From: an uncultured Myxococcaceae bacterium | GTDB taxonomy: Bacteria; Myxococcota_A; Polyangia; Polyangiales; Ga0077539 | DNA: 64,000 bases | Reading direction: 5' to 3' | Assembly (NCBI GenBank): GCA_966211675.1 | Contig: CBIHPK010000012.1 | Span: 6,430 to 70,429 of the forward strand | Made by a program: the position numbers and the translations under genes | Shown here: one piece after another, positions 20,580 through 32,073 of the stretch | Layout: each line of letters starts with the position of its first letter | Position numbering within the stretch: the first letter of the stretch is position 1 | Notes under the pieces: model-generated | Seen by the model: the letters and a program-made list of their open reading frames with translations, nothing else | What the model was told of the DNA's origin: nothing | Databases searched by the model: none

Positions 20580-22913
20580 ATGACCGGTCCGCGTCGAACC
20601 CTTCACTTCAGCCTCGCTGCGGTCGCGCTCATCGTCACAGGCTGTCCCGCTCGGATCGTGCCTGGGCGGACGATCGTAACGGAACTGAACCTGCAGGGAG
20701 TCCATAACGTCGACGACGACGCCCTGCGCAACCGGGTCGCCACGCGAGAGACCTCCCTCTGGCCCGCCAACCGGCCACGCTTCCTCCGCTGGTGGCGCTG
20801 GTGGTGGGTCGACCCCGAGTACCTCGATCCCGCGGCGCTCACGCGCGACCAGGCCCGCGTGCTGCGCTTCTACCAGGCGCGCGGCTACTACGACGCCCAC
20901 GTCGCGAGGCCGCGGGTCACCGAGCTCGGCAACAGCCGCGCGCGCGTCGACATCGACGTGACCGAGGGCGCGCCCACGCTGGTGGAGGACCTCCGCCTGC
21001 GAGGCTGCGAGCCCGGTGACGTCGACCCGCTCCCCGCGCGCATCTGTGCCAGCATCAGCTCCGGGCTGCGCACCACCCCGGGCTCGCTCTTCGACGAGGA
21101 CCGCTTCCACTTCGACCGCTCGCTGATCTTCGACTCGCTGCGCGAGGCGGGCTACGCGACGCCGACGGTGATCCCGCACGCCGCGGTCGACCCGGCGACC
21201 CGCCGCGCGTGGGTCGAGTACACCGCCCGCTCCGGCCCGCAGAGCCGCTTCGGCGTGGTGACGCTGCGCCTCTCGCCCAGCACCGCGCCCTACACCGCGA
21301 CGCACCTGCCCAACGGGCTCCCGGTGTCGGTCATCCGCTCGGCGCTCAACATCGACCCGGGCAACCGCTACTCGCGCCGCGCGCTCGTCGACGGCCAGCA
21401 GGCCCTCTTCGACCTCGGCGTCTTCGGCATCGCGCGCATCGAGGAGGCCCCCCGGCCCGGCGGCGTCGTCGACCTCAACCTCACGCTCTCTACCGCGCGC
21501 CTCTGGCGGGCGCGACTCGGCGGCGGCGTCGAGTACGACAGCGTCCGCTCCAACGTCCACCTGCTCGCCTCGTACGAGCACCGCAACGCGCTCGGCGGGT
21601 TCCGGCGCTTCCGCATCGAGGCGCGGCCACTGCTCTACTTCGTCAACCTCGGGAGCTTGTTCCGCGGCGGAGACGCCCAGACGCAGGCGCCATTCCGGGT
21701 AGTGCCCGGCGCCTCGGTGATGATGGAGATCGCGCGGCCGGAGATCTTCCGTCGCACGCTGGGCCTGGTCTCCGTGCAGTACGAGCTCGCGCCGGACCCG
21801 CTCATCCCCTCGATCGCGTACCGCCAGGCCGCGCGCGTCACCGCCGGGCTCGAGCGCACCTTCACCCGGCGCATCCACGGCGCGTTCTATGTGCGCTTCA
21901 CCGACCTTCAGTACCGGCCCAACGAGATCGCCGACGGCGCCACCTTTCGGACCAACCGCGAGACGCTCGAGAACGACCCCATCTACCGGGACCTCTACTT
22001 CGACCAGCGCTATCTGCACCTCGAGCAGACGATCTCCTACGACACCCGCGACGACCGGGCGCACCCCTCGCGGGGCGTCTTCCTCTCGGCCAACCTCCTG
22101 GAGGGCGTGCGCATCCCGTCGGTGTCGGAATACACCTTCGTCCGCGCCTCCGCCGAGGCCCGCACCTACGTCTCACCGCTGCGCAACATCGTGTTCGCCT
22201 TCCGCGCCATGGTCGGCGGGACCATCGGCAGCTCCTACGAGGCCAACGGCCACCGCTACTGGCCGCTGCCTTCGGACCTGCGCTTCGTCTCCGGCGGCTC
22301 GCAGTCCAACCGCGGCTACCCCTACGGCCGCGTGGGCGTGCTCGGAACCGTGCCCATCGCGGCCATGGCCGGCACCGGCGCCTCGGCCGAGCGCACCACT
22401 GCGCTCGGGGGGACGGGCGTCTTCGAGGCCTCCGCCGAGGCGCGCTGGCAGCCCAGCCATTTCGGCATGGTGGCCTTCCTCGACCTCTCCAACGTCGTCG
22501 GCATCGACCCGGAGCCCTTCGTCAACCCGCAGGGGATGCAGGCGCCCGGGTGCCAGCCCACCGCCACCAACGCTGTCCCCGACGGCGTCGGATGCGCCGC
22601 CGATCGGAGCAACCGCTCGCTGCCCCCGCCGCGCGGCCTCGACCTCGACACCGTCCGCGAGCTCTTCACCAACCTGCACCCCTCCGTCGGCATCGGCCTC
22701 CGCTACCTGACCCCCATCGGCCCGCTGCGCGCCGACTTCGCCGTGCGCCTCGCGGACCTCGGCTGCTCGCGCAACGCCGCCGACGTCGCCGCGCAGAACC
22801 GCGCCGCCCCCAGTGGCTGGGCCGCCTACTACGTCGTCACCCAGCCGCGCTGCGACTTCTTCGGCGCCGACATCCCCCTTGCGATCCAGCTCTCGCTGGG
22901 GGAGGCCTACTGA
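20580..22913 (+). CDS. tamA: Omp85-family outer-membrane protein, TamA-like, with lipoprotein-type signal
   Basis: ATG 20580. The signal LAAVALIVTGC has lipobox VTGC. POTRA-like repeats are followed by a D15/surface-antigen barrel (RFVSGGSQSNRGYPYG) and a C-terminal aromatic residue (..LSLGEAY). The stop overlaps the tamB ATG (TGATG). Confidence 0.8.
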   Translation: MTGPRRTLHFSLAAVALIVTGCPARIVPGRTIVTELNLQGVHNVDDDALRNRVATRETSLWPANRPRFLRWWRWWWVDPEYLDPAALTRDQARVLRFYQARGYYDAHVARPRVTELGNSRARVDIDVTEGAPTLVEDLRLRGCEPGDVDPLPARICASISSGLRTTPGSLFDEDRFHFDRSLIFDSLREAGYATPTVIPHAAVDPATRRAWVEYTARSGPQSRFGVVTLRLSPSTAPYTATHLPNGLPVSVIRSALNIDPGNRYSRRALVDGQQALFDLGVFGIARIEEAPRPGGVVDLNLTLSTARLWRARLGGGVEYDSVRSNVHLLASYEHRNALGGFRRFRIEARPLLYFVNLGSLFRGGDAQTQAPFRVVPGASVMMEIARPEIFRRTLGLVSVQYELAPDPLIPSIAYRQAARVTAGLERTFTRRIHGAFYVRFTDLQYRPNEIADGATFRTNRETLENDPIYRDLYFDQRYLHLEQTISYDTRDDRAHPSRGVFLSANLLEGVRIPSVSEYTFVRASAEARTYVSPLRNIVFAFRAMVGGTIGSSYEANGHRYWPLPSDLRFVSGGSQSNRGYPYGRVGVLGTVPIAAMAGTGASAERTTALGGTGVFEASAEARWQPSHFGMVAFLDLSNVVGIDPEPFVNPQGMQAPGCQPTATNAVPDGVGCAADRSNRSLPPPRGLDLDTVRELFTNLHPSVGIGLRYLTPIGPLRADFAVRLADLGCSRNAADVAAQNRAAPSGWAAYYVVTQPRCDFFGADIPLAIQLSLGEAY

Positions 22914-25900
22914 TGCGCCGCGGCCTCCTCGACCTGCTCTACCAGCTCGCGCGGCTCGTCGCGCTGCCGATCCTCTTCGTCATCGCGCTGCTGCTGCACC
23001 TGCCGACGGGCCTCGGGCGCGCCGCCGCCACCGACATCGCCCGCGCCGCCGCCGCCGACTTCGCGCCCGGCCACATCACGCTCCGCAACATCGCGCGCCT
23101 CGACCCGCGAGGCCTCGTGGTCGAGGGCGTCTCCTGGCGCGACCTCGATGGGCGGCCGCTGGTGGAGGACGCCACGGTCACCGTCACCAACACCGTGGCC
23201 CTGCTGAAGGCCGTCCTGGGGAGCGCCCGCTGGCCCGCGATCGCCGTCGACGCGCGCGCCATCACGCTGTTCGAGCCTCGCCTCTCCGCCGAGCCGCCGG
23301 CCCCGCCGGGGACGCCGCCGAGCGCCCCGACGCCGCTGCCGACCATGCGTTTCCCCGACCTGCGGCTGCGGGCCTCGAGGCTGCGCAACACCTTCGGCTA
23401 CCCCATCGAGGCGCGCGACGTCCGGCTCGCCGGCGGACTGAACCTGCAGCCCGCGGGGATGAGCTTCAACGTCCGCAGCCTCTCGCTCGACACCCGCACG
23501 ACCCCGCTCTCGCCCGTCTCGCTGCAGGCCCGCGCCCGCGTGCGGACCTACCCCGCCCTCTCCGTCGACGGAGGCCTCTCGCTCTCCGGCGCGCCGCTGC
23601 GCTGCAACGTCACCGTCGTCCCGCAGGCGAGCGGGGAGATGATGATCTCGCTCCGCGACTGCTTCGTCCCGAGCGCGACGCTCACGCAGCTCGCCCAGCT
23701 CTCGCCCGAGCAGGCGCTGCCGGACGTGACCATCCCCAGCCTCGCCCTGCACGGGCGGCCCGAGGCGAGCTGGAGCGTCGACGGTCGGGTGATCGTCGGC
23801 CGCGCCCCGATGACCGTGTCGGCGTTCATCGGTGGCCACGACCGAAACGCCACCCTCCGCTTCGATCACATTGCCCTGCGCGACGCGTACACCGGGCTGC
23901 CCGAGGGCCAGATCGACGGGGTCATCGCGCTCACCGACCAGGACGTGAGCGGGGGCCACCGGATGAGCCTGGACGCGAGGGAGTTCCGTGCGAGCGTGGC
24001 GGGCAACGAGGTGCCGCCCTTCGTGCTGACGGCCCTCTACCGCGACGCGCAGCCGCTGCAGATCGAGGCCCTCGACGTGCCGATGCTGCGCCTCCACGCG
24101 ACGGGCACCGTGGGCGTCGAGGGCCCCCACGTCCTCGACGTGCAGGCGAGCTTCGAGCCCCCGGCCCTCGAGACCCTCCCGTGGACCCGCGCGCTCGCCT
24201 CCGGGCGCGTCCGCGGCCACGCCCACATCACCGGCGACCCTGCCCACCTGCGCGTCGACGCGACGGTGCTCGGCGACGCGCTCGCGGTCGGCGCCGCGCG
24301 CGTCCAGCACGCGGAGGTCCGAGGCGCCTTCACCCTCGCGGGCCGCAGCCGACTCGTCGACGCGGTCGCGACCCTCCGGGGAGCCTCGGTGCGCGGCTCC
24401 GTGCAGCCCTCGGACGCCACCGTCCACGTCGTCGGCGACCCTACGGGAGTGCTCCGCGTCCGCGGCTCGGCGAGCGGCCCCGGGCTCCTCGCCGCCCTCG
24501 GCCCCGCGCCCGCAGGCGTGCCCTCCAACGCCAGCGTGCAGGTCGATGCCACCGTCGACCTCTCGGACCCGACGGTGCTCCACACCCGCATCGCCGACGC
24601 GCGCCTCAACCTTCGCGGCGCGACGGCCCGCATCCGGGGCTCGCTCACGCTGCAGCCGTCCAGCCCGCTGACCTCCCTGCGAGGGTCGGTCTCCGTCGAC
24701 GCCGGGGCCTCCGGCTCGATCTCCGTCGTGGCCGAGCGAGGGCGCTTCGCGATCAACGCCCGGGCCTTCGATCTCCGCTGGGCCGCGCCGCTCTCGCCGT
24801 CGGCGCAGTCGCTCTCGGGCCGCATCAACGGCGAGCTCGCCATCGACCTCGCGCACATCGATCGCAGCCGCGGGACGCTCACGCTGCGCGAGCTCACCAT
24901 CCCGAGCCTCGGCACCGTCAGCGCGGACCTCTCCCTCACCCGCCGGGATCGCGAGCTCGTGGCGCACATCAACGCGGCCCTCACCCCGCCGGGCGCTCCG
25001 GAGGCGGCGACGCTCAACATCGAGGCGATCACCCCCCCGGTGCGCGCGTGGAGCGATCCGAGCGCGTGGGTTCGCGGGCTCCGCACCATCGCCGCGCGGG
25101 CCGAGATCGCCGACCTCTCGAACTTCCCGCTGCTCGCCGTGCTGATTCCCCGGAGCATCCGGACGCAGGGGCGCATCGTGATGACCGCCCACGTCTCCCG
25201 CCCCACGGCCGAGGCCCCGCTCGCCGCGACCCTCGGGGTGGAGGGGAGACAGCTCGTCGTGGGCGTCGGGGTCCCATCGCTGCTCGGGCGCGAGCCGCGG
25301 ATGCTCCCGGCGGTGCAGCCCCTGTGGGTCCGCGGGGTGCTCTGCGCCACGCTCGCGTCCCCGCGCCTCGACGACATCTCGCCGCGCCTCCGCCTCGCCG
25401 TCGCTCGGGACTTCAACGAGGCCTCGTCCGGACCGCCGCCGGTCTGCGACGACCAGGCCCTCATGCCGCGCAGCCTGGTCGCGACCGACACCACCCTCCG
25501 CGGTCCGTGGTGGACGGCGGTCGCCGCGGTGGGCGAGGCCGTGCGGCTGCGAGGCGCCCCGATGCCGGGCAGGCTCCGAGCGGCCCTGGCGGCGGCCAGC
25601 TCCGAGGCGCACCTCTCCGTGGGGCCGTTCCTGCGGAGCGAGTGGCCGCTTCGCACGATCGCCCTCCCACAGTCCGACGGGACCCTGCACTTCATCCGTC
25701 CGCCGGAGGTCCCACCAGGGACGATGCTCCACGTCGAGGCCCGGGCGAACGGGAGCTTCCTCGTGCCCAACATCGAGGTCGAGGTCGAGGCGACGGCCCC
25801 CTCGCTCGCCATGATCGGCCTCGAGGAGCCTCTCCGCGCGGACGTCTTCGCAGCCATCGCCCCGCGCGAGGGCGGCACCCTGCTCGACTCCTGGGCGGTG

Positions 25901-27754
25901 AACCTCAACCTCCGCGGCCTCACGTCCCCCAACGTCACGCGCGACCAGCAGGCCCGCGTGGAGGCGGACATCCGTCTCTCGACCCGCGTCGCCGACCTCC
26001 GCGCCCGCGGCACCTCCGCGCTCTCCTGGGACCGCTTCGACGTGGACTCGGAGAACCTCCGCATCGAGCGCTTCCGCTGGGCGCGCGACCGCGGCCTCCA
26101 GGGGCGCGTCGCGGTGCGCCTCCTGGCGACGGACGACCCGCACCAGCCGGTGACCGCCAACGTGACCGTCGAGGACTTCCGCGCGCAGCTCCCGGAGACG
26201 TTGCAGGGCTACGTGGCGCCCTCGGTGCGGGCCCGCCTGCGCGCGGACGTGCGCAACGAGAGCGGGCGCTTCCTGCTGCGGACCTGCGCGATCGCGACCA
26301 CCGCGGCGGCCACCCCCGACTGCGCGCCGGACGGGCCGCTCCCGCAGGCGCCGTCGGAGTCCGTGCTGCTCATCGGCTCGGTGCCCTTCACCGGGACCAT
26401 GCCGGCCCTCGTGCCCGACCGCGCCGCCGCGGTCTTCGACATGATCGCCGTGGGCTACCCCCTGGAGACGCTCACCCGCTTCGTGCCCGACGAGATCGCC
26501 TCCAACCTCGGCGGCCGGCTCGAGGCGCGCCTGCACTGGGACGGCCAGCACCCCATGGCGCCGAGCGGCCAGATCGCGCTCCACGGCGGTCGGGCGACGC
26601 TCACCACGCTGGGCGAGCCGATGCGCAACCTCGACCTGCTGCTCGTGGCGCAGGACTCCACCGTGCGCATCGACCACGTGGACTTCGAGCTCGGCCGCGG
26701 GCGTCTGCACGCCGACGGCGCCGCCGCGCTCCACGACGACTATGTCGCGCTGAACCTCCACGGCCGCGCGCACACCCTCCCCGCGGTGCTCTCCGGGTAC
26801 ACCTGGGCGTGGCTCGACGGCGCCGTGGAGTTCAACATGGACTTCCACAGCGACGGCGCGCGCGGCCGCATCGAGGTCGAGCAGCTCCAGGCGCTCGTGC
26901 AGGACCAGCCGTCCAACGACCTGCAGCCGCTCGGCGAGGACCCCAACGTCTTCATCATCGGCCGCACGCAGCTCGCGCAGCCCGGCGACGTCAGCACGTA
27001 CACCATCGAGCTCGACATGCACTCGCAGACGCCGGTGTGGGCGCGGCGCTCGGACTTCGCCATCGCGGTGCGCACGGACCTGCGCCTCCGCCGGGACCGC
27101 GCCGGGGTCGCGCTCGCGGGCACCGTCAACCAGGCCAGCAACCAGTCCTGGTACTCGATCTTCGGCAAGCAGTTCGACCTCGACCGGGTGCGCATCACCT
27201 TCGACGGCAACCTGGCGATGAACCCCGAGCTCGACATCGCCGCGCACCACAACTCCCCGGGCGCGGGCCGCATCACCGTCGCCGTCACCGGCCGCCTCCA
27301 GCGCCCGAGCATCGTGCTGGCGTCGGAGAGCTATCCCAGCGCCAGCCAGGCGGAGATCCTGGCCATGATCGCGCTCGGCCGCCGCTCGCCCGCCGCGACC
27401 TCGTCGAGCACCGACTTCGCCGCGCAGTTCGCGCAGGCCGTCGTCTCCCTCGTGTCGGGCATCGTCGCGAGCGGCATCTCGCGGGAGTTCTCCTTCCTGC
27501 CGACGATCATCGCCGAGCCCACCACCACGGGCGCGGGCGGACGCTACGGCGCGGGCGTCAACCTCTCCCCGAGGCTCTACCTGCAGGCGACCTACTCCGC
27601 CGCGGGCAGCTCGACCGCGCAGGGCTCCGGCACGAGCAACCTGTCGGCGGAGTTCCGGCTGCTGCTGGAGTACGCCGTGAGCGAGGCGATCACCTTCGCC
27701 GCGAGCGGTAGCAGCCGCGGGGCCGGCGCGGTGGACGTCTACTGGTCACCCTGA
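22913..27754 (+). CDS. tamB: TamB-like translocation and assembly module protein (DUF490 C-terminus)
   Basis: 1613 aa. It has an N-terminal signal-anchor (LVALPILFVIALLLHL), a long beta-rich body, and a C-terminal part (NPELDIAAHHNSPGAGRITVAVTGRLQRPSIVLASE..SQAEILAMIALGR) typical of DUF490. Confidence 0.8.
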   Translation: MRRGLLDLLYQLARLVALPILFVIALLLHLPTGLGRAAATDIARAAAADFAPGHITLRNIARLDPRGLVVEGVSWRDLDGRPLVEDATVTVTNTVALLKAVLGSARWPAIAVDARAITLFEPRLSAEPPAPPGTPPSAPTPLPTMRFPDLRLRASRLRNTFGYPIEARDVRLAGGLNLQPAGMSFNVRSLSLDTRTTPLSPVSLQARARVRTYPALSVDGGLSLSGAPLRCNVTVVPQASGEMMISLRDCFVPSATLTQLAQLSPEQALPDVTIPSLALHGRPEASWSVDGRVIVGRAPMTVSAFIGGHDRNATLRFDHIALRDAYTGLPEGQIDGVIALTDQDVSGGHRMSLDAREFRASVAGNEVPPFVLTALYRDAQPLQIEALDVPMLRLHATGTVGVEGPHVLDVQASFEPPALETLPWTRALASGRVRGHAHITGDPAHLRVDATVLGDALAVGAARVQHAEVRGAFTLAGRSRLVDAVATLRGASVRGSVQPSDATVHVVGDPTGVLRVRGSASGPGLLAALGPAPAGVPSNASVQVDATVDLSDPTVLHTRIADARLNLRGATARIRGSLTLQPSSPLTSLRGSVSVDAGASGSISVVAERGRFAINARAFDLRWAAPLSPSAQSLSGRINGELAIDLAHIDRSRGTLTLRELTIPSLGTVSADLSLTRRDRELVAHINAALTPPGAPEAATLNIEAITPPVRAWSDPSAWVRGLRTIAARAEIADLSNFPLLAVLIPRSIRTQGRIVMTAHVSRPTAEAPLAATLGVEGRQLVVGVGVPSLLGREPRMLPAVQPLWVRGVLCATLASPRLDDISPRLRLAVARDFNEASSGPPPVCDDQALMPRSLVATDTTLRGPWWTAVAAVGEAVRLRGAPMPGRLRAALAAASSEAHLSVGPFLRSEWPLRTIALPQSDGTLHFIRPPEVPPGTMLHVEARANGSFLVPNIEVEVEATAPSLAMIGLEEPLRADVFAAIAPREGGTLLDSWAVNLNLRGLTSPNVTRDQQARVEADIRLSTRVADLRARGTSALSWDRFDVDSENLRIERFRWARDRGLQGRVAVRLLATDDPHQPVTANVTVEDFRAQLPETLQGYVAPSVRARLRADVRNESGRFLLRTCAIATTAAATPDCAPDGPLPQAPSESVLLIGSVPFTGTMPALVPDRAAAVFDMIAVGYPLETLTRFVPDEIASNLGGRLEARLHWDGQHPMAPSGQIALHGGRATLTTLGEPMRNLDLLLVAQDSTVRIDHVDFELGRGRLHADGAAALHDDYVALNLHGRAHTLPAVLSGYTWAWLDGAVEFNMDFHSDGARGRIEVEQLQALVQDQPSNDLQPLGEDPNVFIIGRTQLAQPGDVSTYTIELDMHSQTPVWARRSDFAIAVRTDLRLRRDRAGVALAGTVNQASNQSWYSIFGKQFDLDRVRITFDGNLAMNPELDIAAHHNSPGAGRITVAVTGRLQRPSIVLASESYPSASQAEILAMIALGRRSPAATSSSTDFAAQFAQAVVSLVSGIVASGISREFSFLPTIIAEPTTTGAGGRYGAGVNLSPRLYLQATYSAAGSSTAQGSGTSNLSAEFRLLLEYAVSEAITFAASGSSRGAGAVDVYWSP

Positions 27755-28729
27755 GGGCGGCGACGCGTACGGGACGCCCGTCGCGTCGAGCACCCGCCGC
27801 AGCCCGAGGAGCAGCAGCAGGTTGCGCACGTTGTACCCGTAGCGAAGCCCCTCCTCCGTGAACACCGCCGCGCGCGTGTCGCCGTTGTCGACGAAGACCG
27901 ACGGGTGCACGAGGTCGTCGGAGACGCCCTCGGAGGGCAGCGACGCCATCGCGTCGTGGTACTCGATGAGCGGCAGGTGCCGCGCGGCGGCCATCGCGCG
28001 AATGCGCCGGTTGATGACCTCCGCCTCGGCGCGCGCCGAGGGGTTGCCGTGGTGCGAGGGGATGGTGCTCAGCAGCGTCACCACGCTCCGCCGCTCCACG
28101 CGGTCGATGATCTGCGCGAGGTTGGCCTCCAGCGTCGCGGCGCCGGACCGCTCGGCGTCGTTGGTGCCGATCATCAGCACCGCGAAGGAGCCGCGCATCG
28201 TCTGCAGCTCGCGCTCGACCGGGCACCGGTCGCCGCCCTCCAGCAGCTGGCTCGACTCCCACCCCGCGGTCGCCGCGGAGCTCGCGCGGGTGAAGGAGTT
28301 CTCCTCCCGGCCGCGCGGTGTCCGCCGACGAAACCACGCGATCACCGGCTCGAGGCTGGTGAACGCTCCGAGCTCGTACCAGCCGTGGCCGATGTCCTGC
28401 GCGAAGCTGCCCGACTCGGTGATGCTGTCGCCGAGCTTGCTGAAGACGTCGGAGCGCAGCCCCGCCGCCGCGCCGCGCGCGAAGAGCTCGCGGACGTGCG
28501 CCCGGGTCGGCGCGTCGAGCGCGGGGACGAAGCGCTCCCAGTCCTCCGCCCGGCGCGGCGCGGCCGGAGGGTCGGCCGCGGCGACGCGCTCCACCGCGCC
28601 AAGGTCGGCGGTCGGGGCCGGGCGCCGCGCGACCGCCTGCGCGTGGTCCGGCGCCGGCTCGGTGCGCGGCGGTCGGGAACACGCCGCGATTCCGCACGCC
28701 AGCCACAGGGAGGCCAGAGACGCGCGCAC
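27746..28729 (-). CDS. SGNH/GDSL-type hydrolase lipoprotein
   Basis: GTG 28729 (VRASLASLWLACGIAAC, lipobox). Motifs FSKLGDSITE (block I GDS), MIGTNDA (block III) and DDLVHPS (block V DxxH). The 3' end overlaps the tamB 3' end by 9 nt (convergent). Confidence 0.65.
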   Translation of the reverse strand: MRASLASLWLACGIAACSRPPRTEPAPDHAQAVARRPAPTADLGAVERVAAADPPAAPRRAEDWERFVPALDAPTRAHVRELFARGAAAGLRSDVFSKLGDSITESGSFAQDIGHGWYELGAFTSLEPVIAWFRRRTPRGREENSFTRASSAATAGWESSQLLEGGDRCPVERELQTMRGSFAVLMIGTNDAERSGAATLEANLAQIIDRVERRSVVTLLSTIPSHHGNPSARAEAEVINRRIRAMAAARHLPLIEYHDAMASLPSEGVSDDLVHPSVFVDNGDTRAAVFTEEGLRYGYNVRNLLLLLGLRRVLDATGVPYASPPSG

Positions 28730-28731
28730 GC

Positions 28732-30138
<1,407 letters not shown>

Positions 30139-30178
30139 CTTACCGCAGGAGCGCAGCGCCGGGGGTACCCGCGAGGGC

Positions 30179-31141
30179 TCAGGGCCCCCGTGAAGGCACG
30201 AGCAGCACCTCCGGCGGCTCGACCACCGCCGTCAGCCCCTCGCGCAGCGTCACGGTCTGCACGCGGGCCTCTGTCGCCACGCGGAGCGGGACCGCGTCCG
30301 GCGCGGCCGCGACCGGGACGATCTGCGAGGGCAGCAGCTCGGCCAGGAGCTCCGGGTCGCCGGTGACCACCACGGCCACGACCGGCGGCCGCGCCTCGAT
30401 GGACGGCCCCCCGCGGGGAACGCCGCGCACGGTCACCGGCAGCCGCTCGAAGCGCCGCTCGCCGATCAGCGGCGTCACCTCGAAGGTCACGCGCACCGGC
30501 AGCATGCTGTAGTCGATCCCGTCGCGCGGCGCCTCCAGCGGCACCCGGCGCTCGTAGCGCCCGGGCGACAGGCCCGACGCGTCGACCGCGACGGTGTGGA
30601 CCACGTCGCGCGCTTCGAGCGCCTGCGAGGGGCCGCGCGCCTGCACCCGCTCGGGCTCGACCGCCACCGCGGCGATGCGGGTGCGCGGCGCGGTGCTCCC
30701 CACCACGCTGGCGCGCACCGAGAGCGGCCGGGTGACCAGCGCGTCCCAGCGCAGGTCGAGGCTCGGGGGGCTGAAGCCGACGAAGTCGACGCCCGCAGGC
30801 AGGTCGACCAGCGAGCGGTCGAGGTCCACCCGCCGCCGACGCCCGTCCCGCAGGTCGATCTGCACGGGACCCATCTCGTCGCCCCGCAGCGGCGCGACCA
30901 CCGCGGCCGTTCCGCGCACGGTCAGCCGCACCCGCTCGGGCAGGGGCGTGAGCAGCACCGCGTTGCCCGCGTAGGCGGCCGGGAGCACCGCGGTGAGCGG
31001 CACGTCGACGCTCCGCTGCACCGTCCCGGCGCCGCGGAAGACCATGAAGAGCGTCACGGAGATCGCCAGCGAGGCGAACTTGTAGCCGAAGTTCTCCAGC
31101 ACCAGAGCGCGCGCCGACGCCAGCCGGGAGCCGAGGCTCAT
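30179..31141 (-). CDS. cdaR: YbbR-domain protein, CdaR-like regulator of diadenylate cyclase
   Basis: ATG 31141 overlaps the cdaA stop by 4 nt. An N-terminal TM segment ([14 protein letters not shown]) is followed by repeated beta-rich YbbR-like modules. The position between cdaA and glmM is the conserved one. Confidence 0.75.
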   Translation of the reverse strand: MSLGSRLASARALVLENFGYKFASLAISVTLFMVFRGAGTVQRSVDVPLTAVLPAAYAGNAVLLTPLPERVRLTVRGTAAVVAPLRGDEMGPVQIDLRDGRRRRVDLDRSLVDLPAGVDFVGFSPPSLDLRWDALVTRPLSVRASVVGSTAPRTRIAAVAVEPERVQARGPSQALEARDVVHTVAVDASGLSPGRYERRVPLEAPRDGIDYSMLPVRVTFEVTPLIGERRFERLPVTVRGVPRGGPSIEARPPVVAVVVTGDPELLAELLPSQIVPVAAAPDAVPLRVATEARVQTVTLREGLTAVVEPPEVLLVPSRGP

Positions 31142-32073
31142 CGCTCGTCTCCGCCCGCGCGCGGGGCCGGATCGCCCTCGACCTTCGGCACCGGGCGCAC
31201 GCCGGAGCGCGGCGGCGGGGGTGGCCTCCGGGAGTTGCGGCCCTCGCGCTCGGCCTGGCCCGCCTCGCGGAGCAGCGCCGCGGCCTGACGCTTGGAGTAC
31301 AGCACCCCGTAGAGGGCCTGCCGGGCGGTCTGCGCGTCGAGGCCGCGGACGATGTTGCCGTTGAAGCAGAGGGAGATCTCGCCGCGCTCCTCGCTCACGA
31401 CGACCACCGCCGCGTCGGTCTCCTCGGAGATGCCGAGCGCCGCGCGGTGCCGCGTGCCCAGCTGCCGGTCGAGGGCGCCGCTGCCGGTGAGCGGGAGCAC
31501 CGCGGCCGCGGCGGCCACGCGCCCGTTGCGGATGATCACCGCGCCGTCGTGCAGGGGGTTGTCCTGGCTCGGGAGGAAGACCGTGTACAGCAGCGCCGTG
31601 GACAGCTCGGCGTCGATGATCGTGCACTGCGAGACGAAGTCGTCGACGCTCGCGTCGCGCTCGAAGACGAAGAGCGCCCCGATGCGCCGCTGAGCGAGGC
31701 CCTCCGCGGCGGCGATCACCTCCTCGACGGCGGGCGCGTCGACGGGCTTGCGCCACCGAAGGAGGAAGGGCCGGTCGCCCACGCGCATCAGCGCGCGCCG
31801 GATGTCCGCCTGGAAGATCACCACCATGAAGACCAGGAAGGAGGTGAGCGAGCGGTCGAGCAGGGTGAAGGTGGTGATGAGCTCGAGGCGCTGCGAGATG
31901 GCGTAGACCACCGCGATGAGCAGCAGCCCCTGCCCCACCTGCGCCGCGCGGGTGCCGCGCACCAGCAGCAGGATGCGGTAGATGGCATAGGCCACCACGG
32001 AGATGTCGAGGGCGTCTCGCAGGAGCTCGAGCGGCGCGCGGCGGAGGAGCACCCGCAGCCACTCAGCGTGCAA
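31138..32073 (-). CDS. cdaA: Diadenylate cyclase CdaA (c-di-AMP synthase), membrane-anchored
   Basis: Three N-terminal TM helices are followed by a DAC domain with PLHDGAVII, GTRHRAALGISE and VVVVSEERG. Confidence 0.88.
   Translation of the reverse strand: MHAEWLRVLLRRAPLELLRDALDISVVAYAIYRILLLVRGTRAAQVGQGLLLIAVVYAISQRLELITTFTLLDRSLTSFLVFMVVIFQADIRRALMRVGDRPFLLRWRKPVDAPAVEEVIAAAEGLAQRRIGALFVFERDASVDDFVSQCTIIDAELSTALLYTVFLPSQDNPLHDGAVIIRNGRVAAAAAVLPLTGSGALDRQLGTRHRAALGISEETDAAVVVVSEERGEISLCFNGNIVRGLDAQTARQALYGVLYSKRQAAALLREAGQAEREGRNSRRPPPPPRSGVRPVPKVEGDPAPRAGGDER

Noticed and set aside
22907-27250. 1447-aa antisense ORF across tamB. Similar long alternative-frame ORFs occur at 8102-10501, 40637-42949, 48760-51342, 54316-57627, 58564-60204 and 60238-62343.
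   Set aside because: All are mirror-frame or off-frame products of stop-poor GC-rich sequence. The opposite or other frame contains recognisable domains (DUF490, kinase, CysK/E1, PLD, CarB, OMP, DUF2961).
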